Shown: in pieces, positions 55,064 to 63,777 of the stretch | Layout of the letters: each line of letters begins with the position of its first letter | How positions within the stretch are numbered: the stretch's first letter is position 1 | Origin: a bacterium | Lineage (GTDB): Bacteria; Patescibacteriota; Minisyncoccia; UBA6257; 2-01-FULL-56-20 | Direction: 5' to 3' | Length of the DNA stretch: 64,000 nucleotides | Assembly (NCBI GenBank): GCA_027310625.1 | Contig: DAIDAM010000002.1 | Coordinates: forward strand, 65,123 to 129,122 | Program-made: the position numbers and the translations under genes | The notes under the pieces: generated by a model | The model's input: the letters and a program-made list of their open reading frames with translations, nothing else | Told to the model about the DNA's origin: nothing | The model's database searches: none

Positions 55064-55834
55064 TTACGTCTGTTGCGGCAGCTGCGAAGTTGTGATTTTC
55101 AGCCAGTTCTCATCGGTAGCTTTCGGCTTGATGGCTTCCGAGCCCCTCTTGCAGAGAGGGCACGTCGCCGCCCGCCAGTCCTGGACGCGCCAGTTGACGA
55201 CAGGTAAAACCTTGTACTTCCACAGGGGGTTGAGAGGGTTGATGTAAATCGTTTCCAACCCGCCGCGGTTGATGATGACTGGATCGTACGGCAAGATGTC
55301 AACGGAGCGATTTTTTTTCGTGACCTCCATTACCGCTTCTTTGAAGCCTGTACCTCTCGTGCAGAAGTCCTCAACGAGAAGAAGGGTTGCTCGGTCGGGG
55401 ATTTCCGTAACGAGATTGATGCGTCCGCTCGCTTCGTCTTTTTCCATCTTCGCGAGCTTTGCGCCGATGGTCTCTGAAATCATCTCGCCGAGCTTCGTTG
55501 CGCCTTTTGGAATGCCCGCGACATAGTCGGGGACGTCGTCGGGAAGAATTTCAATCAGGCGCATGACAATCTGGTTTGCGATGATCTTACAGATGTTATC
55601 GGGCTCAAGAAGAATCTTAGAGGCGAAAAACCCGTCGCTATGGAGCCCGGACTTCAACTCCGCGTGCAATCCGACCCTGCCGTTCTCCGCGGCTTCGTAA
55701 TCGTATCTCCACCACGCGCCGAGCACAGTCGCCATGTGAACCACTTCGTCGGCCGTGAGCGCCCGCGGCGGCACCTTGTTCGGGTCCAGCGTGCGCAGCT
55801 GCTCGGCGTCCATTTGCAGAATGTTGATGTTCAC
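55064..55834 (-). CDS. pyrE: Type I phosphoribosyltransferase, probable orotate phosphoribosyltransferase
   Basis: PRPP-binding motif LLLVEDFCTRGTGF; adjacent to pyrF; higher GC than most of the window. Confidence 0.5.
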   Translation of the reverse strand: MNINILQMDAEQLRTLDPNKVPPRALTADEVVHMATVLGAWWRYDYEAAENGRVGLHAELKSGLHSDGFFASKILLEPDNICKIIANQIVMRLIEILPDDVPDYVAGIPKGATKLGEMISETIGAKLAKMEKDEASGRINLVTEIPDRATLLLVEDFCTRGTGFKEAVMEVTKKNRSVDILPYDPVIINRGGLETIYINPLNPLWKYKVLPVVNWRVQDWRAATCPLCKRGSEAIKPKATDENWLKITTSQLPQQT

Positions 55835-55847
55835 GATTTCACCTCCT

Positions 55848-56555
55848 TTACATTTGTCCGCCTCGGGCGGATCTGTACTGGTTGACGAGATTGCGGAGTT
55901 TGTTGGGATATGTCGCGCCGACGACGAGCCCGCAGTTGTTGTTCTTGTTCCAGACCTTTGCGACGTTGCGTGCGATCATCTTGTAAAGCGGTTCGGTTAC
56001 TCGTCCTCCCATACCGACTGCGACCGGCATATCCTGGAACTCGCCCGCGCCCGGGTTGGATGTGCGGCAGATGACGAAAATGCCTTTGTTCTTGTATTTC
56101 AGAAACGGCGCCATCGCTTCGTGGCCGAGGTACGGGTGAACCGTGATCGCATCCGCGCCGAGGTAGTCAAACGCGAACTTCGCGTAACCCTCGTTGGTGT
56201 TGCCGATGTCGGCGCGTTTAGCGTCGAGAATCACAGGAACGTCCGGCGCAATTTCGTGAATATTCGCGACGGTATGCCGCAAGGCCGCGATGCCTTCTGC
56301 GCCGTACGCCTCGTAAAACGCGGCGTTCGGCTTGTAGGCGCACACGAAATCCATGGTCGCTTCCACGATTGCGCGGTTGAACGCGACAATGGTTGGTCCA
56401 ACCTCGATACCGACGGGAGGATCCCACCTCAAAGGTCGCATGACGTCGTGAGAGATTCTAGGTATCTTGCCGAACTCGCTGTCCAGCCCGACGGAGACAA
56501 GGTTGCCGCGCGACCACTGGTTCTCAAGCATTTGCCTGAAGTTTCTGTCGTTCAT
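55848..56555 (-). CDS. pyrF: Orotidine 5'-phosphate decarboxylase
   Basis: VILDAKRADIGNT and VSVGLD motifs; 235 aa. Confidence 0.7.
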   Translation of the reverse strand: MNDRNFRQMLENQWSRGNLVSVGLDSEFGKIPRISHDVMRPLRWDPPVGIEVGPTIVAFNRAIVEATMDFVCAYKPNAAFYEAYGAEGIAALRHTVANIHEIAPDVPVILDAKRADIGNTNEGYAKFAFDYLGADAITVHPYLGHEAMAPFLKYKNKGIFVICRTSNPGAGEFQDMPVAVGMGGRVTEPLYKMIARNVAKVWNKNNNCGLVVGATYPNKLRNLVNQYRSARGGQM

Positions 56556-56669
56556 GTTCTGACTCTCCTCTTCAGTAGTATTCGGTTGTGTTTCAGCCCG
56601 AAAATTCGGGCCCTATTGCTGGGATAACTTTACAGTATGGTGACGCCGGAAATCAAGGAGGAAATTTTT

Positions 56670-56687
56670 TGTGCGCGCGGAAGGGAT
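56670..56687. repeat. 18-bp direct repeat TGTGCGCGCGGAAGGGAT duplicating the 3' end of tRNA-Ile (second copy at 56859-56876)
   Basis: Identical 18-mer at both positions; att-core-like. Confidence 0.55.
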
Positions 56688-56821
56688 CCGCTTCGCTAGA
56701 ACCTTACGCCTCACCCCGACCCCCGTCTGGGACACCTTCTGGTTTCCCATTCCGTCCCGACTGCGGTCGGGACGACCTTCCAACACAGGGTGATGCTAGG
56801 TTCAATCCCTGCTCATTGGAA

Positions 56822-56856
56822 TAAAAATACCCGTGACTAAGTCACGGGTATTTTTA
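56822..56856. terminator. Bidirectional terminator aaaaatacccgtgac-taa-gtcacgggtattttt
   Basis: Perfect 10-bp stem flanked by A-run and T-run. Confidence 0.6.
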
Positions 56857-56860
56857 TCTG

Positions 56861-56932
56861 TGCGCGCGGAAGGGATTGAACCTTCGACCTTCCCCTTATC
56901 AGAGGGATGCTCTGCCACTGAGCTACACGCGC
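56861..56932 (-). tRNA. tRNA-Ile (GAT)
   Basis: GCGCGTG paired with CGCGCGC acceptor, anticodon loop CTGATAA, T-arm GAAGG-TTCAATC-CCTTC; CCA not encoded. Confidence 0.8.
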
Positions 56933-56965
56933 GATTTATTTTTGCACGTCTGTCCCATCCATTTT

Positions 56966-57040
56966 GTGCACCCTGCAGGGATCGAACCTGCGGCCTTTTC
57001 CATGTCAAGGAAACGCCCTGCTTCATCCCGCACCTTTATG
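56966..57040 (-). pseudogene. tRNA-Val-like pseudogene: intact anticodon arm (GAC) and T-arm, no pairing 5' acceptor strand
   Basis: ...TTTCC-TTGACAT-GGAAA-AGGCC-GCAGG-TTCGATC-CCTGC-AGGGTGC-A, but no complementary GCACCCT upstream. Confidence 0.4.
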
Positions 57041-57112
57041 TGCGTCTTGGAGGGATCGAACCTCCGACCTTTTGCGTGTCATGCAAACGCTCTACCACTG
57101 AGCTAAAGACGC
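57041..57112 (-). tRNA. tRNA-Val (GAC)
   Basis: GCGTCTT paired with AAGACGC acceptor, anticodon loop ATGACAC, T-arm GGAGG-TTCGATC-CCTCC. Confidence 0.8.
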
Positions 57113-57141
57113 GTAATTAAAAAAGCACGGGGCAGGTTGGG

Positions 57142-57384
57142 TTATGCACGCAATTTCCTTTTAAGCCATTCTCTTCCCTTGCCTCCTTTCAAGAGTTTTT
57201 CTCTGTATCGCGCGCTTTTAAGAGTATCCAATTCTTCTTTGTAAATCAACTCAAATGGCCTAGTAAGGCAGGTATATTTGCTTTTTCCCGTGTTGTGCTC
57301 ATGCAATCGTCTCTCAATATTGTTAGTGCAACCAATGTAATAACGTCCATTCTTTAAACTGCGGAGAACGTAGACGTAAAACAT
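57142..57384 (-). CDS. Small GIY-YIG nuclease family protein
   Basis: MFYVYVLRSLKNGRYYIGCTNNIERRLHEH GIY-YIG motif; 80 aa. Confidence 0.8.
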   Translation of the reverse strand: MFYVYVLRSLKNGRYYIGCTNNIERRLHEHNTGKSKYTCLTRPFELIYKEELDTLKSARYREKLLKGGKGREWLKRKLRA

Positions 57385-57396
57385 TGATGATAGTGC

Positions 57397-57470
57397 GTGA
57401 TGCAGGGATCGAACCTGCGGCCTGTCGCCTCAGGCGACCGCTCTACCACTGAGCTAAGAGTGCGTTTGAA
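57397..57470 (-). pseudogene. Degenerate tRNA-like sequence (T-arm and D-arm present, acceptor strands not complementary, 3-nt anticodon loop)
   Basis: GCACTCT-TA-GCTC-AGTGGTA-GAGC...GTCGCC-TGA-GGCGAC...GCAGG-TTCGATC-CCTGC-ATCACGC; CGCACT repeated at both ends. Confidence 0.3.
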
Positions 57471-57499
57471 ATGGTATGGGACTAACCGCGCAAAAATAT

Positions 57500-57709
57500 C
57501 TACTGCGCCAAGCCCTTCAAGTTTAATCGTTTGGCGCCTTCCAAGTCAAAACTTGCTCCGGTTTTTGCTCCACTGCCGGCGGTTATCGCCTTGCTTACAT
57601 TTAGAGCGATGAATCCAACTCCCCAAATGAAAGCGTAGGCGAGCGCCGCAAGAAGGATGGCCGCAATGCCACCCAAAATCATTTCGTTCTTATGTTTTAT
57701 CCCCCACAT
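57500..57709 (-). CDS. Small membrane protein
   Basis: 69 aa with two hydrophobic helices. Confidence 0.35.
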   Translation of the reverse strand: MWGIKHKNEMILGGIAAILLAALAYAFIWGVGFIALNVSKAITAGSGAKTGASFDLEGAKRLNLKGLAQ

Positions 57710-57731
57710 AACTTACATTTTAAACTTCTTC

Positions 57732-58262
57732 TTATCTAAAGAAAACTCTTCCGCTTACGCCCGCTTGGTAATCGCCGCCGCTTCTTTTGAGATCGAAGCC
57801 GTCAAAGGAAACGGTGTATCTCGGGTCTTTCATTTCAACGTCTCTCAGAAAATTAACCAAATCGGAATAATTTCCGCTTGCGTTCAGGGTGAATCTTATG
57901 AAGCCGGCAACATCTCCTTCCGGAGAAACGGCGTCGCCGTTGAAACTGAAATTCACGCCAATATTGTACACACGCGAGAGACCGTTCAACCATGAGGAAA
58001 AATTCACCAAATCGTCTTTGGTCGGAAGCAAGAGATTTATCGCCCTCGTGAACTTCTGCACTTCCGGGTCAATCGTTTTTTGCTCGGCAAGGCCGCTGAT
58101 GAGTTGGTTATTCCTGTTTATCGTCGCTCTGTCTTCCGATATTTTCTCCGCCTCCGCAGTTATCGCCTCCGAAAAAAAGTAAGCGGCGACGCCGAAAACG
58201 ATGAAACTCGAAACGATTATTGAAGTTCCGATGAGAAGGGAGTTCCGGAATTTGTTCATCAA
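57732..58262 (-). CDS. Hypothetical membrane-anchored protein (pilus-assembly PilO-like?)
   Basis: 176 aa with an N-terminal TM helix. Confidence 0.4.
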   Translation of the reverse strand: MMNKFRNSLLIGTSIIVSSFIVFGVAAYFFSEAITAEAEKISEDRATINRNNQLISGLAEQKTIDPEVQKFTRAINLLLPTKDDLVNFSSWLNGLSRVYNIGVNFSFNGDAVSPEGDVAGFIRFTLNASGNYSDLVNFLRDVEMKDPRYTVSFDGFDLKRSGGDYQAGVSGRVFFR

Positions 58263-58315
58263 AGTAAATTATACGCGAACCAAATTTTTGTTTCAAAAGC
58301 CGGTTCGTTGCGCGG

Positions 58316-58417
58316 GTTTGACCCCCACACCAAACGACAATGTCGCCCGCTTGCCGGCGGACAGGCAGAATACAAACATCACTTAAAAAAGTTGTCGTTT
58401 GGTGCGGGGGTTTGACT
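58316..58417. mobile_element. MITE-like element: 19-nt inverted repeats CCCCCACACCAAACGACAA / TTGTCGTTTGGTGCGGGGG flanked by a TTTGAC direct repeat
   Basis: Direct reading; lies in the divergent region between the 57732-58262 gene and dprA. Confidence 0.45.
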
Positions 58418-58561
58418 AATGATTACGCGGCACCATAATAAAACCAGGCAGTGAAAATCCAATTGCTATGCTAAAGCATAGCGCTGTGATACATCACAGC
58501 AGTTGGAACTTTCATTGTCCGGCTTGCTGTATGGTTGACGTAAATACAATAAATAATTAAG

Positions 58562-59626
58562 TTGAATTTCCATTACCTAGCGAATCAGATGAATCCTGCC
58601 TTGGACAGGGAGAAAATTTTTTATAACGCCGCTTTTTCTGCTCTCAGAGGCGATTACCGCAAACTTCAAAAATTGAAATCGGACTTGTCTTCGTGGGAGG
58701 AAGTTTTTGAAAGCACTCGTAGCATTGAAAGAAACGTAAATCCCGAGGAAGAATGGGAAAAACTGAAAAAGTGCGGCGCAGAACTCGTTTTTTCTGACGA
58801 ACCGGAATTCCCGCGGCTTCTCCGTGAAATTTACTTCGCTCCTTTCGGAATTTATGTAAAAGGAAATCCGGGGATTTTTGAAAAGACATCCGTTTCCGTT
58901 GTAGGCACGAGAAAAGCCACGGACGACGGATTGGAAACCGCGGGAAAATTCGGCCGCGATTTCGGAAGGGCGGGCATTGTTGTGGCAAGTGGTCTTGCTT
59001 TCGGCATTGATTCCGCGGCCCACAAGGGGTGCGTTTCCGCCGGAGGAAAAACGGCAGCCGTTCTCGCCTGCGGTGTGGATGAAGTTTATCCGAAAACGAA
59101 CGAACGACTCGCAAAAGAAATCCTCGCTTCCGGCGGCGCGATTATTTCCGAATATCCCGTTGGCACCCCGCCGCTTCCCCACAGATTCATCGAGCGCAAC
59201 AGAATTGTAAGCGGGCTTTCGGTTGGCGTGGTGATAATCGAGGCGCCCGAATCCTCGGGCTCGCTCGCAACGGCAAGATTCGCTTCGGAGCAAAACAGAG
59301 AGGCCTTTGTCGTTCCCGGTCCCGCGGGGCACAGAAATTTTTCCGGTTCTCATCGCTTGATAAGAAACGGGGCACGCCTCGTTTCAAACGCCGGCGACGT
59401 TTTGGAGGATTTGGGCATTGTTGAACCCCCGCCGACGCTTGCGGAAACGGAAGAAGAAAAAACAATTCTTGAAATACTTGAAAACTCAAAGTCGCCGCTG
59501 GAAGTTGACAAAATTTCCGAAATGTCCAATCTTGAATCCCGTGTCGTGAATGAGACCATCACCATTCTTCTTTTCAAGAATTTGGTTAAAGAAGAAAAAA
59601 ATGGCTATATCACAAACAAATTCTGA
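58562..59626 (+). CDS. dprA: DNA processing protein DprA (Smf)
   Basis: VVGTRKATDDGLETAGKFG...GIDSAAHKGC...ESSGSLATARFA Rossmann-like DprA core. Confidence 0.85.
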   Translation: MNFHYLANQMNPALDREKIFYNAAFSALRGDYRKLQKLKSDLSSWEEVFESTRSIERNVNPEEEWEKLKKCGAELVFSDEPEFPRLLREIYFAPFGIYVKGNPGIFEKTSVSVVGTRKATDDGLETAGKFGRDFGRAGIVVASGLAFGIDSAAHKGCVSAGGKTAAVLACGVDEVYPKTNERLAKEILASGGAIISEYPVGTPPLPHRFIERNRIVSGLSVGVVIIEAPESSGSLATARFASEQNREAFVVPGPAGHRNFSGSHRLIRNGARLVSNAGDVLEDLGIVEPPPTLAETEEEKTILEILENSKSPLEVDKISEMSNLESRVVNETITILLFKNLVKEEKNGYITNKF

Positions 59627-59656
59627 TGTCTGATGTCTAATATCTGATTTCTTAAC

Positions 59657-62044
59657 ATGAAGCTTGTTATTGTGGAATCACCCACCAAGGCGAAAACTAT
59701 CAGCCAATTTTTGGGCAAGGAATATAAGGTGGAATCGTCCTATGGGCATGTCAGAGACCTTCCCAAAAGCAAACTCGGCATTGATGTTTCGAGGAGCTTC
59801 GAGCCGACCTACTCGATTCTCCCCAAATCCAAGGAACGCGTTTCCGAACTGAAAAAACTTGCTGAAAAATCATCGGGAGTGATACTTGCGACCGATGAAG
59901 ACAGGGAAGGCGAAGCGATAGCATGGCACCTCACGCGAGCTCTTGAACTGCAAGCAGAAGACGGCTCACAGACTACAGCAAAAGCAAGAAAGAAAAAATT
60001 TGCCGTAGACCGTAGTCCGTCGGCTGTAGTCCAAAGAATCGTTTTCCACGAAATTACAAAGTCGGCGATAGAAGAAGCGCTTGAAAGCCCGCGCGCGATA
60101 GATATGAATCTCGTTGACGCCCAGCAGGCGCGTCGCGTCCTCGACCGTCTCGTCGGCTACGAACTTTCGCCGTTTTTGTGGAAGAGGGTGCGTTACGGAC
60201 TTTCGGCGGGGCGCGTCCAAAGCGTCGCCGTCCGTCTTGTCGTCGAGCGCGAACGCGAGATAGAAAATTTCAAGAAGGAAGAATACTGGACGATTGAGGC
60301 GGAATTTTTCAGCCCTAAGGCTGATCCGCCTCTGGCGGATAAAAAAGACAAAAAAACTTTTCGCGCCCGCCTGATGTCCGTTGACGGCGAGGTTTTGGAA
60401 AAATTCGCGATAAAAACCGGCGAGGAAGCGGAAAAACTCGTCGCCCGCCTGAAAAACACTTCTTACGCCGTCAAAGAAATTTCGTCAAAAGAAGTCGTCC
60501 GCAACCCCTATCCGCCCTTCACCACCTCCACTCTCCAACAGGAAGCGTCGAGAAAATTCGGTTTTTCCGCCAAACAGACGATGATGTTCGCGCAAAACCT
60601 TTACGAAAACGGTTTCATAACATATATGAGAACCGACAGCGTCAATCTCGCCGAACAGGCGCTCCGCCAGGCGAAAAAAGTAATCGAAGACAACTTCGGA
60701 AAAAATTATTCCCTCGATTCGCCTCGCCGTTTCGCGACGAAAGCAAAAGGCGCGCAGGAAGCCCATGAAGCGATAAGGCCAACCGATCTTTCCAAAAGAG
60801 ACGATGAAATAAAAGTGAGAGACGCCAAAGAAAGACGGCTTTACGACATGATTTGGAAAAGAACACTCGCTTCGCAGATGAAAGAAGCGGTTCTCGAGCA
60901 GACCGCCGTTGATGTGGAATCCGCCGACGAAAAATACGTTTTCCGGGCAAACGGCCAAAGAACGGTTTTCGACGGCTTTATGAAAGTTTACCATCCTATC
61001 TTTAACAAAATTAAAGATGGGATGGTGAATCGCGAAGAGGAAAACGGCCGGGAAAACGGAGAAAACGTTTTGCCGAAGCTCGAAAAAGGGGAGAAAGTCG
61101 TCGTAAAAGAAATATTTCCGCTTCAGCATTTCACCGAGCCGCCGCCAAGATACACCGACGCCTCGCTGATAAAAACGCTTGAGGCGGCCGGTGTAGGAAG
61201 GCCATCCACCTATGCGCCGACGCTTTCCACGATTCAAGGACGCGGCTACGTCGAGAAAGTCGAGAAAAAATATAAACCTACGGACGTCGGAATAATCGTG
61301 AACGACATCCTTGTCGAACATTTTCCCGAAATCGTCGACATTAATTTCACTTCCCACATCGAGGAGGAACTCGACGATATCGCCGAAGGAAAAATCGGCT
61401 GGACAGAAGTCGCGCGCGAATTTTACGGCCCATTCAAAAAACGTTTGACCGAAAAAGAGGCGGAAGTGGGGAGATACAGCGAAGTATCGAACATTCCCTG
61501 TCCGCACTGCGGCAAACCGATGCTCGTGAAATTCGGCCGCTTCGGAAAATTTCTCGCCTGCCCCGACCCTGAAAACAAATTCACTATGCCGATGCCCGAG
61601 GAAGCGGCGAAACTCAAAGAACTAAGAGAACAAACGAAAGGCGAACGCTGTCCTCTTTGCGGGAAGGAAATGGAGGTGAAACGGGGCAGGTTCGGATTTT
61701 TCCTCGGCTGCGTTGATTACCCGAAGTGTAAAGGGATAAAAAAAATAGTGAAGAAAACCGGATTTTTGTGCCCGAATTGCCTCGCTTCCCCCGAGAGAAA
61801 GGAAAAACCGGGAGATATAATAGAGAAGAAAGCAAGGGGTCGCTCGCCTCGTTTCGGCTTCGGCGAAGCGGGCGGGAAACCTTTTTACGGATGCAGCCGC
61901 TATCCGGAGTGCAATTTCATTATGAACAAAAAACCGGAGAGCGAAAAAGACGTAAAGGAAGCGTTTGAAAAATTTTCCCTCAAGAACGGGCTCGTAACCG
62001 GAAAGGCGGCTCCAAGAAAACGTCCGCATAAAAAACCAAAATGA
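59657..62044 (+). CDS. topA: DNA topoisomerase I with C-terminal zinc ribbons
   Basis: TOPRIM MKLVIVESPTKAKTI, catalytic region, four CxxC...CxxC ribbons; in-frame GTAGTCC-type repeat insert at 59986-60035. Confidence 0.9.
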   Translation: MKLVIVESPTKAKTISQFLGKEYKVESSYGHVRDLPKSKLGIDVSRSFEPTYSILPKSKERVSELKKLAEKSSGVILATDEDREGEAIAWHLTRALELQAEDGSQTTAKARKKKFAVDRSPSAVVQRIVFHEITKSAIEEALESPRAIDMNLVDAQQARRVLDRLVGYELSPFLWKRVRYGLSAGRVQSVAVRLVVEREREIENFKKEEYWTIEAEFFSPKADPPLADKKDKKTFRARLMSVDGEVLEKFAIKTGEEAEKLVARLKNTSYAVKEISSKEVVRNPYPPFTTSTLQQEASRKFGFSAKQTMMFAQNLYENGFITYMRTDSVNLAEQALRQAKKVIEDNFGKNYSLDSPRRFATKAKGAQEAHEAIRPTDLSKRDDEIKVRDAKERRLYDMIWKRTLASQMKEAVLEQTAVDVESADEKYVFRANGQRTVFDGFMKVYHPIFNKIKDGMVNREEENGRENGENVLPKLEKGEKVVVKEIFPLQHFTEPPPRYTDASLIKTLEAAGVGRPSTYAPTLSTIQGRGYVEKVEKKYKPTDVGIIVNDILVEHFPEIVDINFTSHIEEELDDIAEGKIGWTEVAREFYGPFKKRLTEKEAEVGRYSEVSNIPCPHCGKPMLVKFGRFGKFLACPDPENKFTMPMPEEAAKLKELREQTKGERCPLCGKEMEVKRGRFGFFLGCVDYPKCKGIKKIVKKTGFLCPNCLASPERKEKPGDIIEKKARGRSPRFGFGEAGGKPFYGCSRYPECNFIMNKKPESEKDVKEAFEKFSLKNGLVTGKAAPRKRPHKKPK
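59986..60035 (+). repeat. Tandem CGTAGAC/CGTAGTC/TGTAGTC tract in frame in topA
   Basis: aaatttgccgtagaccgtagtccgtcggctgtagtccaaag, translated KFAVDRSPSAVVQ. Confidence 0.45.
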
Positions 62045-63753
62045 CGGTAGAAGAAACGGCAAAAAAGAATCCTAATTCGCTCATCGGCAGGGCTTATCAC
62101 TTTGCCGAGAACGCGCACCGCGGGCAGAAAAGAAAAAACGGCGAGCCGCATTTCAATCACGTCCTTGCGACCGCGGAAACGCTCCAGCAGTGGCATATGG
62201 ACGAGGCAACCATTGCCGCCGGCCTCTTTCACGACGTCGTAGAAGACACCTCCGTCACGGAAAAGGAACTCAAGGAAAAATTCGGAGACGAAATCGCTTT
62301 TTTGGTTGACGGCGTCACTAAACTAAGCAAGATAAAATACCGCGGCGCCGAGGCGAAGGCGGAAAATCTCCGGAAAATGATAATGGCGATAAGCGAGGAC
62401 TTGAGAGTCGTTTTTATAAAGCTCGCCGACAGATTGCACAATATGAAAACGCTTTACGCCCTGCCGCTTGCGAAACAAAAAAGAATCGCCCTTGAAACGA
62501 GCGAAATTTACGCGGCGGTCGCCTATCGCCTCGGGATGTGGGAGCTGAGCGGCGAGCTTCAGGATTTGGCTTTCCCGTACCTTGAGCCGGAAAAGCACAA
62601 GTGGCTGAAAGACCAGGTGGAGGAAGAGTATGATGCAAGAAGAAAATATCTGGAAACGATAAAACCGCTTATCGAGGACGCTCTCAAGCGCGCCGGAATA
62701 AAGCCTCTTTCTTCCGATTTTCGCGCCAAGCGCTACTATAGCTTGTACCAAAAGCTTCTCCGCTACGACATGGACGTAAAGAGAATTTACGACCTCGTTG
62801 CGCTCCGCTTCATATTCAAAACCGTTCCGGAGTGCTACGCGGCACTGGGGGCGATAAATAATCTTTGGCCACCGCTTCCCGGGAGAATCAAGGACTACAT
62901 CGCCATGCCGAAACCGAACAATTACAGGAGTTTGCACACGACCGTCATCGGTCCCGACGGGAAGTACGTCGAAATCCAGCTTCGCACAAAAGAAATGCAC
63001 GACGAGAACGAGTTCGGCATCGCCGCCCACTGGTTTTACAAAAAAAGTTTGCTCGGAGACCTTTTCAGAAAAAAAGCGCCCCTCGGCGAAAAACTCGCCG
63101 CCGGGCTGACGTGGCTCCGACAGCTCCGCGAGTGGCAGGAAAAAAGAACGGAAGAGGGAATGGGTTCGGAAGAATTTGTGGAATCAATGAAAGCGGATTT
63201 TTTCAGGGACAGGATATTTGCGATTACTCCGAAAGGCGAAGTGATTGACCTGCCCGCGGGCGCGACGCCGGTTGATTTCGCCTACCACATTCACACCGAC
63301 GTCGGCGACGGCGCCATCGGTTCAAAAATAAACGGGAAGATAATGCCGCTGGACACGGCGCTCAAATCCGGCGACATGGTTGAGATACTCACGCAGAAAA
63401 GCAAAAAGCCGTCCGAGGACTGGCTGAAATTCGTGAGAACTTCGATGGCCAAAGACCACATCAAAGCCGCCCTCCGCGAAAAGAAAAAAACGCTTCTCCA
63501 AAAACGTCCCGCTTCCAAAATTGAAATTCATCTGACGTTCCAAAACAGATTGGGATTGACGAAGGACATCTCGGATATAATAGCGCGCTCGCACATACAC
63601 ATCAGGAGCATGAATTTGTCGGGGCAGAGCGGCAGCAAATTTTCCTCCTGCCGCATCGGCTGCGAAACAACCGACAAATCCAAAATTGAAAAAGTCATTT
63701 TGAAGCTGAAGAAATTGAAGGAAATAAAAGAAGTTGGGTACAAACTTGTGTAG
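62041..63753 (+). CDS. rel: RelA/SpoT-family (p)ppGpp synthetase/hydrolase, compact form
   Basis: HD domain HRGQKRKNGEPHFNHVL...HDVVEDT, synthetase YRSLHTTV, TGS domain. Confidence 0.85.
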   Translation: MTVEETAKKNPNSLIGRAYHFAENAHRGQKRKNGEPHFNHVLATAETLQQWHMDEATIAAGLFHDVVEDTSVTEKELKEKFGDEIAFLVDGVTKLSKIKYRGAEAKAENLRKMIMAISEDLRVVFIKLADRLHNMKTLYALPLAKQKRIALETSEIYAAVAYRLGMWELSGELQDLAFPYLEPEKHKWLKDQVEEEYDARRKYLETIKPLIEDALKRAGIKPLSSDFRAKRYYSLYQKLLRYDMDVKRIYDLVALRFIFKTVPECYAALGAINNLWPPLPGRIKDYIAMPKPNNYRSLHTTVIGPDGKYVEIQLRTKEMHDENEFGIAAHWFYKKSLLGDLFRKKAPLGEKLAAGLTWLRQLREWQEKRTEEGMGSEEFVESMKADFFRDRIFAITPKGEVIDLPAGATPVDFAYHIHTDVGDGAIGSKINGKIMPLDTALKSGDMVEILTQKSKKPSEDWLKFVRTSMAKDHIKAALREKKKTLLQKRPASKIEIHLTFQNRLGLTKDISDIIARSHIHIRSMNLSGQSGSKFSSCRIGCETTDKSKIEKVILKLKKLKEIKEVGYKLV

Positions 63754-63777
63754 CGGACTTACGCTGACTTTTCTGCA

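Noticed and set aside
55755-56627. 290-aa plus-strand ORF over pyrE/pyrF
   Set aside because: Antisense shadow of GC-rich genes. The minus-strand ORFs carry the PRTase and OMP decarboxylase motifs.
56697-56860. SRP (4.5S) or 6S RNA in the structured segment next to tRNA-Ile
   Set aside because: No GGAAGGAAGCAGC-type domain IV motif and no 6S-like central bubble could be recognised. Left as possible element scar or ncRNA.
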